From Candidatus Zixiibacteriota bacterium (GTDB lineage Bacteria > Zixibacteria > MSB-5A5 > CAIYYT01): 14,411 bases of DNA. The notes under the pieces were generated by a model that saw nothing but the letters and a program-made list of their open reading frames with translations, ran no database searches and had not been told where the DNA came from. The translations under genes and the position numbers were made by a program. Position 1 is the first letter of the stretch, and each line of letters starts with the position of its first letter. Below, in pieces: positions 6,526 through 14,411 of the stretch. The DNA is taken from assembly GCA_040235515.1 (NCBI GenBank), contig JBECKX010000192.1, forward strand, positions 1 to 14,411, given 5' to 3'.

Positions 6526-6552
6526 GTCAAGATCCAGGGGAGCTTGACCTAC
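6526..6552 (-). repeat. Single GTAG REP overlapping the stop codon of the putative protease gene
   Basis: Minus strand GTAG-GTCAAGCTCC-CCT-GGATCTTGAC, same type as the arms of 2337-2409. Confidence 0.7.
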
Positions 6553-7583
6553 TTCTTAGCGACTCCACGCCGCGCCCGCATCTTCTTCAAACCCAACAGC
6601 AGCAGTTGCTTTGGATCGATTCCGGGATTGTGCGATTCGAGCCAGCCATAAAGTTCTTCATACGCGACTCCATCGAATTGCTTCAAATCGTATACCAGTT
6701 TCTCGTCGGTGAGAATCCTCGTATTGTAGTAGCGCGCGAGTGATTCATACGCGGCATAGACTTCCTGCCATCCGAATTCGCCACTTTCCCCCATCTCCCG
6801 CAATGCATCAATCAGGAGATGTGTTCCAACCTCATGCGAGATGAACTGCCGCAGCCAGTTGCGCGGCGATCCTGAATAGAAGATATTCATGTCATAACCT
6901 ACCGAGTTGGCGTTTGGACCTCCCGCTATCGCGCTGCAAAGAAGAATCGTGTAGCGATCAGTCTTGAACTCCCGGCCCAGCAGTTTTTCCCACTCCGCGA
7001 TGAAATCACGCTTTGCCAGTACACTGCTGAGCCAGTTTGCCGTCACCAGAATTGAGTCACGCTCCCGCGGCCAGACTTCCTGTTCATACTTGTCGTAGGC
7101 CTGCAGATAGAGATCGCCAATTTCTCGCAAGGCAGGCAAGAGTGGGATTCGACCCAGCAGACCTGCCGCAGTAACTGATTCCCAGTTTGCAGCAAGCTCT
7201 CCAAGAGAGCGCGAATAGCGCGAGAAGAATTCCTGGAAGCCGCGATCAGCACCTGGATTGTGGAGGAGGTCGTAGTATTCCGCAAGTTCGAGCCGCGATT
7301 CAAACTCTAGCCAGATCGGTAGAAATGTCACCAGTTGAACCAGCTCACCGCTGTTGCCTTCACCAAACATCAGGAGCTTTTGGTTCTTCTCAAGAACAGC
7401 CCACTGATCCCTGGTCAGAAAGTCGGCGTAGCGGTTGGCATAGTCGCTCTCAAATCCGACCCGTGCACAGGCAAGGATATGAAAGATGAAGTTGGGGAGG
7501 AATCGGACTTCGGCGACTATCGGTTTCTTCCATCCGCATTTCTGATTTGCCATGATCTCAAGATATGGATGTGCACTCGCCAC
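6549..7583 (-). CDS. Hypothetical protein, putative zinc metallopeptidase (HExxxH)
   Basis: 344-aa ORF filling the ftsZ-rpmB gap, with SHEVGTH and a downstream Glu in YESLA. Start uncertain: GTG 7583 or ATG 7553. Confidence 0.75.
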   Translation of the reverse strand: MASAHPYLEIMANQKCGWKKPIVAEVRFLPNFIFHILACARVGFESDYANRYADFLTRDQWAVLEKNQKLLMFGEGNSGELVQLVTFLPIWLEFESRLELAEYYDLLHNPGADRGFQEFFSRYSRSLGELAANWESVTAAGLLGRIPLLPALREIGDLYLQAYDKYEQEVWPRERDSILVTANWLSSVLAKRDFIAEWEKLLGREFKTDRYTILLCSAIAGGPNANSVGYDMNIFYSGSPRNWLRQFISHEVGTHLLIDALREMGESGEFGWQEVYAAYESLARYYNTRILTDEKLVYDLKQFDGVAYEELYGWLESHNPGIDPKQLLLLGLKKMRARRGVAKK

Positions 7584-7586
7584 TAC

Positions 7587-7625
7587 AAAAGAAAACGCCC
7601 CCGGAGTTTAGGAGGGCCGAGGGCG
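7587..7625 (-). terminator. Intrinsic terminator downstream of ftsZ
   Basis: Minus strand CGCCCTCGG, 12-nt loop, CCGGGGGCG, then TTTTCTTTT. Confidence 0.7.
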
Positions 7626-7695
7626 GAAGGTGCGTCTCAATGTGGTCGTGGTAGGTCGGCCTGTATATCAACTCTTGAAACGAATACTCTGCTTC

Positions 7696-7753
7696 GCAGG
7701 GGCGAATGGTATTCACCCATAGTTTCGCCGGGACTAGTGCCACTCGCCCCTAC
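7696..7753. repeat. Degenerate GTAG REP doublet, inverted relative of 387-455
   Basis: GCAGGGGCGAATGGTATTCACCC ... GGGACTAGTGCCACTCGCCCCTAC, just after the ftsZ stop. Confidence 0.75.
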
Positions 7754-7763
7754 GCGATATTCT

Positions 7764-8942
7764 CTATCCCAGCTTTGCGCGGTTGCGCATGAAGGCCGGG
7801 ATTTCCAGATCTTCCTCAACATCTTCGTCCTGCTCGTTGGCGACGAAGTCGTTCGGCTTTACAGTCTCAGCCTCCGCCGCGATGCGTGGCGGTGCAGGCT
7901 GCAGTCTTTCAAATACCGGTTGGAAGAGATCGGCATTCTCGGATGAGCGTTCGAACTGCTCGCGCTCTTCCCGTTCGCGCTGATGATCACCGAATCCGGT
8001 GGCGATCACCGTTACGCGAATCTCGTTGGTAAGATTCTGATCGATTACCGCACCGAAGATGATGTTGGCATCCGAACCCGCAGCATCATAGATGACCGTG
8101 GTCGCTTCGTTGACTTCATGCAGCGTCAGGTCGGGTGAACCGGTGATGTTCATCAGCACACCCTTGGCGCCGGAAATATCGACATCCTCGAGCAGCGGCG
8201 AGTTGATCGCCATACGCGCAGCGTTGGCGGCTTTGTTTTCGCCCTGCGCTACGCCGGAACCCATCATAGCGTCACCCATCTCCATCATGACCGTACGAAC
8301 ATCGGCAAAGTCGCAATTGATCAGACCAGGGACTGCGATCAGGTCGGAGATGCCGCGCGTCGCCTGCAGGAGAACATCATCAGCTACGAGGAAAGCCTCG
8401 GTCAGCTTGGTCGAGGGATCGACGATGGAGAGCAGTCGCTGGTTCGGGATTACGATGAGCGTGTCGACACGGGTCTTCAGTTCATCGATGCCGGCCAGCG
8501 CACGATTCATACGCTTGCGGCCTTCGAACTCGAACGGCTTGGTCACGATGGCGACCGTCAGGATTCCCATCTCACGGGCAACCTCCGCCACGACCGGAGC
8601 CGCGCCGGTTCCGGTGCCACCGCCCATACCCGCTGTGACGAACACCATGTCTGCACCCTCGATGAACGCCTTGAGTTCGTCAAGCTCTTCTTCCATTGCT
8701 TTCTTACCGACCTCAGGTTTTGCTCCGGCCCCGAGGCCGCGGGTAAGGCCCTTGCCTATCTGAATGCGATTTTCTGATCGCGAGAAATCGAGCGCCTGCG
8801 AATCGGTGTTGATCGAAACGAACTCTACTCCCGAGAGTCCCTGTTCGATCATCCGATTGATCGCGTTGCCGCCGGCTCCACCGACGCCAACGACTTTAAT
8901 CTTGGCGTAGTTGCTTAAGTCAGCCGCAAATTCAAAACTCAT
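7764..8942 (-). CDS. ftsZ: Cell division protein FtsZ
   Basis: [13 protein letters not shown], tubulin signature [19 protein letters not shown]-terminal [18 protein letters not shown]. Confidence 0.98.
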   Translation of the reverse strand: MSFEFAADLSNYAKIKVVGVGGAGGNAINRMIEQGLSGVEFVSINTDSQALDFSRSENRIQIGKGLTRGLGAGAKPEVGKKAMEEELDELKAFIEGADMVFVTAGMGGGTGTGAAPVVAEVAREMGILTVAIVTKPFEFEGRKRMNRALAGIDELKTRVDTLIVIPNQRLLSIVDPSTKLTEAFLVADDVLLQATRGISDLIAVPGLINCDFADVRTVMMEMGDAMMGSGVAQGENKAANAARMAINSPLLEDVDISGAKGVLMNITGSPDLTLHEVNEATTVIYDAAGSDANIIFGAVIDQNLTNEIRVTVIATGFGDHQREREEREQFERSSENADLFQPVFERLQPAPPRIAAEAETVKPNDFVANEQDEDVEEDLEIPAFMRNRAKLG

Positions 8943-8971
8943 GAACCCACCTCTCCTTGGTCGATTTATAG

Positions 8972-10201
8972 TTAGAAATTAAATAGCGAGTTAAATACTT
9001 TCTCCAAGCGGTTAAACGCGCGATTCAGCTTTCCGGTATGCTTGCGGCCCTTGTCGGGGTGCTCAAGACCATATTGCACCAGTCCGACTGCGGTCGAATA
9101 GATCGGGTTGGTCACGATCTCCGACATACCACCGAGCCCCTTCGGGGTGCCTACCCGAACCGGCATATTGAAGATCTGTTCTGCCAGCAGGTCCACACCG
9201 CGAAGCAGCGAGCCGCCACCGGTAAGAACGATGCCGCCCGCTACCGCCTGGTAGAAGTTGGTGCGCTTCAGTTCCATCAAGACCATCTTGAATATCTCTT
9301 CCACGCGCGGCTGTATGATACTCGCAACGATGCCGAGTGAGACATCACGCGGAGGACGTTCCCCGACGCTGGGGATGTTGATCAACTCGTCGGGATCAAC
9401 GAGGCTGGTCATGGCTGCGCCGAAATCAATCTTGATCTGCTCGGCGTTGTCGATCGGGGTGCGCAGGCCGATAGCCAGATCGTTGGTGATGTTGCGTCCC
9501 CCGAGCCCGATCACGGCTGTATGACGGATCGAGGAATCGGTGAAGAGAGCTATGTCGGTCGTGCCACCACCAAGGTCGATCAGCACCGAGCCGAGTTCCT
9601 TTTCATCATCATTGAGCACGCACATCGAGGACGCGAGCGGCTGCAGCACCAGGTCACGGATTTCATAGCCGGAACGCTTGATCGATTTATAAATGTTCTG
9701 CGCCGAGGTAGTGGCTCCGGTAACGATATGGACTTCGGCCTCGAGCCGCACGCCGGACATGCCGGCAGGGTCCTTGATGCCGCCCTGGTCATCGACGATA
9801 AATTCCTGCGGGAGGATGTGGATGATTTCGCGATCACCCGGAATCGCCACCGCCTTGGCAGCCTCGATGACGCGATCCACATCATATTCTGAAATTTCAT
9901 TATCGGAACGACTCACCGCGATCACTCCGCGCGAGTTTATACTGCGAATGTGATCTCCGGCGATACCGGCATAGACAGCTTCAATATCCTCCTGAGCCAT
10001 CTCTTCAGCCGCGTGAATCGCGCGCTGGATCGAGCCGATTGTCTTCTCCAGATTAACTACCACACCGCGTTTCAAACCTTCCGATGGCGCAACACCAACA
10101 CCTATGATCTCATCCTCGCCATCCAGGCAGGGACGACAGATGAGTGCACAGATTTTGGTGGTACCGATGTCAAGACCGCAGACTACCTTGTCAGATCCCA
10201 T
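8972..10201 (-). CDS. ftsA: Cell division protein FtsA
   Basis: [23 protein letters not shown] and YSTAVGL; directly upstream of ftsZ. Confidence 0.97.
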   Translation of the reverse strand: MGSDKVVCGLDIGTTKICALICRPCLDGEDEIIGVGVAPSEGLKRGVVVNLEKTIGSIQRAIHAAEEMAQEDIEAVYAGIAGDHIRSINSRGVIAVSRSDNEISEYDVDRVIEAAKAVAIPGDREIIHILPQEFIVDDQGGIKDPAGMSGVRLEAEVHIVTGATTSAQNIYKSIKRSGYEIRDLVLQPLASSMCVLNDDEKELGSVLIDLGGGTTDIALFTDSSIRHTAVIGLGGRNITNDLAIGLRTPIDNAEQIKIDFGAAMTSLVDPDELINIPSVGERPPRDVSLGIVASIIQPRVEEIFKMVLMELKRTNFYQAVAGGIVLTGGGSLLRGVDLLAEQIFNMPVRVGTPKGLGGMSEIVTNPIYSTAVGLVQYGLEHPDKGRKHTGKLNRAFNRLEKVFNSLFNF

Positions 10202-10913
10202 GGTTCACCTCTCTATCAGATGCAATTGATTTCAATATTGCCAGATCAACAAACCGCAGGTCCACGAACAATCCCGGGTTGTTGTTGTCATTCAATATTT
10301 CCTGTAATCGTGTTAACTTGGTTTCGTAACGTCCCCAGCCGAAATTGATGACTATCGAGCCGGGTTCCATGACCAGCACAAGGCCGTCCGGGCGACAGAT
10401 GATCTCGGAGATCATCAGATGTAGCCCCATGAACTCCGAGCGCATGTAGTTCAACAGCTCCAGTGCCGAGCGCAGGCCGGCATCATCAACCTGTTTGTAG
10501 TAGCAGGGGCGATCCACTTCCACACCTCTGATCACCGGCATGCTGTTGGCAACTTCCTGCAGACGCGGTGGGATCAACTCCCCGGCGGAGGTAACGCCAT
10601 AAAGCTTGTCGCTGAACAGGTAGCAGGATGGGTACTTCTCGGTCACTTCGACATGCACTCTGCGATATTGATCCGCATTAACGCGGGCAGAGGCTACCCA
10701 CTCTCGCTCGCAGACAGACTGCGCGATCTCCCCCATATCGAGTGCGAGGAGATTCTCGCCGGGACGAACACCAAGCGAGTCGACCGTTATCCGCGTCGTG
10801 CCTGACAGGGTTACCGCTTCCACGGGAACCACGTCAAACCGCCAGAGCGCCCATGCAGCCACGCCTACCAATAGCGAGAAGAGGAATAGAATCTTGGGCC
10901 AACGGTAGGTCAT
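10191..10913 (-). CDS. ftsQ: Cell division protein FtsQ/DivIB
   Basis: N-terminal TM helix, POTRA-like region (GENLLALD...WVASARV...VEVTE) and C-terminal VDLRF; lies between murC and ftsA with an ATGA overlap to murC. Confidence 0.85.
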   Translation of the reverse strand: MTYRWPKILFLFSLLVGVAAWALWRFDVVPVEAVTLSGTTRITVDSLGVRPGENLLALDMGEIAQSVCEREWVASARVNADQYRRVHVEVTEKYPSCYLFSDKLYGVTSAGELIPPRLQEVANSMPVIRGVEVDRPCYYKQVDDAGLRSALELLNYMRSEFMGLHLMISEIICRPDGLVLVMEPGSIVINFGWGRYETKLTRLQEILNDNNNPGLFVDLRFVDLAILKSIASDREVNHGI

Positions 10914-12283
10914 TTTTTCAACGCCTCCACGATTTTCGGAGCAAGCCGATAGACATCCCCGGCACCGATCGTAAAGACCACGTCGCCGGGCTCGGCAAAC
11001 TCGGCCACGAGTGCAGGTATCTCCTCTTTCTCCTCGACATAGCGGACATTCCGATGACCGAAGCGCTCGCTGGCGTCGGCAATCAATGCGGAAGTAACAC
11101 CTTCAATCGGTGTCTCACGCGCGGGATAGATCTTTGCCAGGATCAACATATCCGAGGTGAGCAGCGACTTGGCGAATTCCTCGTAGAAATCCTTCGTGCG
11201 GCTGAACAGGTGCGGCTGAAACACTACGATCAGCCTGCGCTGGAACGCCAGTTTGGCCGCCTGAAGAGTAACTTCAACCTCAGTCGGATGGTGGCCATAG
11301 TCATCGTAAACCTTGATGCCGTTCGTTTCACCGATCAGATCGAAGCGGCGATTGACACCCTTGAAACTCTCCAGCGCGCTCTTGATCACTTCGAAGCTGA
11401 TCTCTGACTCGAGCGCGACTGATGCCGCGGCGAGGGCATTTTTCACATTGAACAGCCCTGGCAGTGGCAACGTGATATCGCCAAGCTCTTTGCCCTGCTG
11501 GAACAGCGTGAAACGCGTCTCGGTGCCCTTCTGCCGTACCTGGTCGACGCGTGTGTCAGCCTGCGCCTTGAGACCGAAGGTGCGAACGGGGCGGATCAGA
11601 TTCGGGATGATGCTAACCAGGTTGGAGTCATCGAGGTTGAGATGAATCGTTCCGTAGAAAGGCACGCGGTTGGCATATTGGGTGAATGCTTCCTTGATCT
11701 CGTTCAAATCTTTGTAATAGTCGAGGTGGTCGGCTTCCAGGCTGGTCAGCACCGCTACGGAAGGGGTAAGATTCAGGAACGAACGATCATATTCATCGGC
11801 CTCCGCGATCAGCAATTCTCCCTTACCGAGTTTGACGGTGGTCTCGAAAGAAATCACCCGCCCGCCAACCATCACCGTCGGATCGAGCCCCGCCTCAACA
11901 AATATGTGACCCAGCATCGAGGTCGTAGTGGTTTTGCCGTGGGTACCGGCGATGCCGATTCCAAACTTGAGCCGCATCAATTCACCCAGCATCTCGGCGC
12001 GGCGAATAATCGGAATCTTGCGACGCCGCGCCTCGATGACCTCCGGGTTGTCGCCATGCACGGCTGAGGAGATCACGAGGCAGTCGGCATCACCCACATG
12101 ACTGCCTTCATGCCCCTCATACACCTGGATTCCAACCTTCTTCAGATGGTCGGTGACCTCCGTCATCGCCAGATCACTGCCTGAGATAATAAAGTCATGA
12201 TTATGCAGCACTTCGGCGATTCCGCACATTCCGATACCGCCGATACCGACGAAGTGGAGTTTCCTTATTTTGCCAAACTTCAT
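10910..12283 (-). CDS. murC: UDP-N-acetylmuramate--L-alanine ligase
   Basis: HFVGIGGIGM, AGTHGKTTT, EADEYD, DDYGHHPTE and FQPH; start set at ATG 12283, which overlaps the murG TGA (ATGA). Confidence 0.96.
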   Translation of the reverse strand: MKFGKIRKLHFVGIGGIGMCGIAEVLHNHDFIISGSDLAMTEVTDHLKKVGIQVYEGHEGSHVGDADCLVISSAVHGDNPEVIEARRRKIPIIRRAEMLGELMRLKFGIGIAGTHGKTTTTSMLGHIFVEAGLDPTVMVGGRVISFETTVKLGKGELLIAEADEYDRSFLNLTPSVAVLTSLEADHLDYYKDLNEIKEAFTQYANRVPFYGTIHLNLDDSNLVSIIPNLIRPVRTFGLKAQADTRVDQVRQKGTETRFTLFQQGKELGDITLPLPGLFNVKNALAAASVALESEISFEVIKSALESFKGVNRRFDLIGETNGIKVYDDYGHHPTEVEVTLQAAKLAFQRRLIVVFQPHLFSRTKDFYEEFAKSLLTSDMLILAKIYPARETPIEGVTSALIADASERFGHRNVRYVEEKEEIPALVAEFAEPGDVVFTIGAGDVYRLAPKIVEALKK

Positions 12284-13374
12284 CTCCACCCCATATATTC
12301 ATAGATTCGTTGAACGATTGATTCGGCGGCGCCGACGCGACCGAGCCCACGCGCAGCCATACCCATCTGCATCAGCTTGGCTTCATCAACGAGAAGTTGC
12401 TTCACCAGGCTGACCAGATTTAACTCAGGAAGCTTGTTGTCCTCTACCAAGATCGCAGCATCAGCGTCCACGAGCGCCTGTGCATTCTTGGTTTGGTGAT
12501 CATCGGTGGCGTGCGGGTAGGGCACGACGATTGACGGCTTGCCCGCCGCTGTAACCTCAGAGAGTGTCAAAGCCCCGGCACGGCAGACTACGAGTGACGA
12601 CGCGGCGTAGGCCGCCGGCATATTCTCGATAAACTTGAGCGCCATGCCACTCATACCTGAGTTGTTGAAGTATTCAATCATCTCCGGATTCTCGCCAACC
12701 TGCCAGATCATCTGGAGGTTCTTGATCTGCTTGAACTGGTCGAGCGAGTCGGCGATTTTCCGATTGATGGAGGCTGCACCCTGGCTGCCGCCGAAGATCA
12801 ACAGCGTTTGCTTGTCCGGATCGAGCCGGAACTCCTTTATCGCTTCATCCTGATCGTAGTTCCCTATTCGTGGATTAACCGGGTTGCCGCTGAGAATGCA
12901 CTTTTCGGTCCACCGCACCTGCTTTGCGGCCTCCTCGTAGGCGATGAAAATTAAGTCGGCGTAGGGAGCCAGCTTGCGCGACGCGATCCCGACATGCGAA
13001 TTTTGTTCCTGAATGAATGCCGGGCGGCTCGTGATCTTGGCAGCCAGCACAGCGGGGAAAGAAAGGTACCCGCCGGTACCGACCACAAAGTCGGGATTGA
13101 ACTTGATTACCTTGAGGACAGCTTCCACAATTCCGATCGCGAGGATCGGGAAGAACATCAGGTTCCCGGCCGTGGTCCCGCGCTTGAGTCCCTTGACATG
13201 AATCTTTGTCATTTCAAAGCCCCGACTTGCGATCAGCCGCTTCTCAAGTTCGCGTCCGGTGACGAAGAACCTGATACGCGATTCGCCGCCCGAGCGACGC
13301 TTCAACTCCTCGGCAATTGCGAACGCCGGAAAGAGATGCCCACCGGTGCCACCGCCTGCAAACATCACGCGCAT
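12280..13374 (-). CDS. murG: Lipid II GlcNAc transferase MurG
   Basis: AGGGTGGHLFPA, GTGGY, QEQN, GGSQGA, RAGALTLSE and HQTKNA; TGATG overlap with ftsW. Confidence 0.96.
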   Translation of the reverse strand: MRVMFAGGGTGGHLFPAFAIAEELKRRSGGESRIRFFVTGRELEKRLIASRGFEMTKIHVKGLKRGTTAGNLMFFPILAIGIVEAVLKVIKFNPDFVVGTGGYLSFPAVLAAKITSRPAFIQEQNSHVGIASRKLAPYADLIFIAYEEAAKQVRWTEKCILSGNPVNPRIGNYDQDEAIKEFRLDPDKQTLLIFGGSQGAASINRKIADSLDQFKQIKNLQMIWQVGENPEMIEYFNNSGMSGMALKFIENMPAAYAASSLVVCRAGALTLSEVTAAGKPSIVVPYPHATDDHQTKNAQALVDADAAILVEDNKLPELNLVSLVKQLLVDEAKLMQMGMAARGLGRVGAAESIVQRIYEYMGWR

Positions 13375-14411
13375 CAGTGAGCCCTCGACTTGAAGAGTTG
13401 CGGTATCTGAATCGTCTGTCGCGAGATATTCAGTAGAACACCGACACCCGCCATTGTGAACAACAGGGATGAACCACCATAGCTGAGAAGCGGGAGCGGC
13501 AGCCCCGTTGCCGGGATCATACCGGTAGCCACCAGCAGGTTGGTCATCGACTGGATGAAGATCAGGCTGGAGATTCCCAGCGCCATATAGAGGCCGAGCA
13601 GGTCGGGTGAATGGATAGCGGTTCTAATGCCACGCCACACGACGATAGCGATCAATGCAAGCGCCGCAGTGGCAATGATGAAGCCACCCTCTTCGGCTAT
13701 GGTCGCAAAAATGAAATCGGTATGCGGTGCCGGGAGATAGAAGAGCTTGGCGCTGCCACGCCCAAGTCCTTTACCGAAGAGCCCGCCGGATCCGATCGCG
13801 AGTATCGATTGTTTGATCTGATAGCTTGCCTTGAGCGGGTCGCCGACGGCCTCGACAAAGCTGTCGACACGCGCTCGCTTGTAGCCGATCACGAAAACCA
13901 TGATCGACGCGATCGCCACGACTCCGCCACCGAAGCCGAAGAGGATGCGTTTACGGACCCCGGCGACAAAGAAGAGAATCACGACCACGCCCGCCAACAC
14001 CAGGACGGTTCCCAGGTTCGGCTGCAGCAGGATCAAGAGAAACGCCGCGCCGATAATCGGAAGGCCCGGGAAGAGCACCGACTTGAATGACTTGATCTTT
14101 TCGCGCTTCACCGCCAGCATCGTGGCAACGAAGATGATCAGCGCGTACTTGAACAATTCGGACGGCTGGAATTTCATTATTCCGAAGTCGAGCCAGCGCC
14201 GCGCACCGCTGATCTCTCTGGTGAAGAGCACCGCGACGAGACAGCCAAGCGATATGATTACAAGAGGCCAGGCGACTTTTTGATACTTGTGATAGTCGAT
14301 GCGGCTGGTGATAAAGAGCGTGATCAAACCGATCACCAGCCAGACCAGTTGCCGCTTGAAGAAGAAGACGTCGCTGCCGAACTTCGATTCGGCGAAGACG
14401 GCGGAAGCGGA
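13374..14411 (-). CDS. ftsW: SEDS-family peptidoglycan polymerase FtsW (5' end outside window)
   Basis: GARRW, FQPSE, GSGGLFGKG, LPAPHTDFIF and GLPLPLLSYGGSS. The frame stays open to the window edge (SASAVFAESKFGSDVFFFKRQLVW); it lies upstream of murG. Confidence 0.93.
   Translation of the reverse strand, partial: SASAVFAESKFGSDVFFFKRQLVWLVIGLITLFITSRIDYHKYQKVAWPLVIISLGCLVAVLFTREISGARRWLDFGIMKFQPSELFKYALIIFVATMLAVKREKIKSFKSVLFPGLPIIGAAFLLILLQPNLGTVLVLAGVVVILFFVAGVRKRILFGFGGGVVAIASIMVFVIGYKRARVDSFVEAVGDPLKASYQIKQSILAIGSGGLFGKGLGRGSAKLFYLPAPHTDFIFATIAEEGGFIIATAALALIAIVVWRGIRTAIHSPDLLGLYMALGISSLIFIQSMTNLLVATGMIPATGLPLPLLSYGGSSLLFTMAGVGVLLNISRQTIQIPQLFKSRAH

Noticed and set aside
3632..14283. 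Long antisense or alternate-frame ORFs inside purL, ftsZ, ftsA, murC, murG and ftsW (e.g. 3632-4408, 8092-8763, 10742-11407)
   Set aside because: Shadow ORFs expected from GC3-rich codon usage of well-identified genes.

Overview
Bacterial chromosomal segment of about 14.4 kb. On the minus strand is the 3' part of a division/cell-wall (dcw) operon, ftsW (5'-truncated)-murG-murC-ftsQ-ftsA-ftsZ, ending at an intrinsic terminator. It is followed by an uncharacterised putative HExxxH metalloprotease, a convergent rpmB (L28), a stand-alone small-type purL, an independently expressed 69-aa orphan gene and a stand-alone hutU. The named genes are ordinary housekeeping genes; the unusual signal is intergenic. 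(1) A 176-nt self-complementary element (5907-6082) lies between purL and rpmB and starts exactly where a minus-strand sigma70-like promoter would initiate, making it a candidate stand-alone ncRNA that I cannot assign to a known family. (2) Nearly every intergenic region outside the operon carries a mosaic of palindromic repeats: GTAG REP doublets, GGTG/TGTGG- and CGTC-tagged palindromes, BoxC-like triplex motifs, and a three-copy family with fixed flanks and an unrelated hairpin inside each copy. No transposase, nuclease, reverse transcriptase or cas gene is in the window. The gene order suggests an FCB-related lineage (possibly Zixibacteria-like), but that is inference only. All folds were done by eye.
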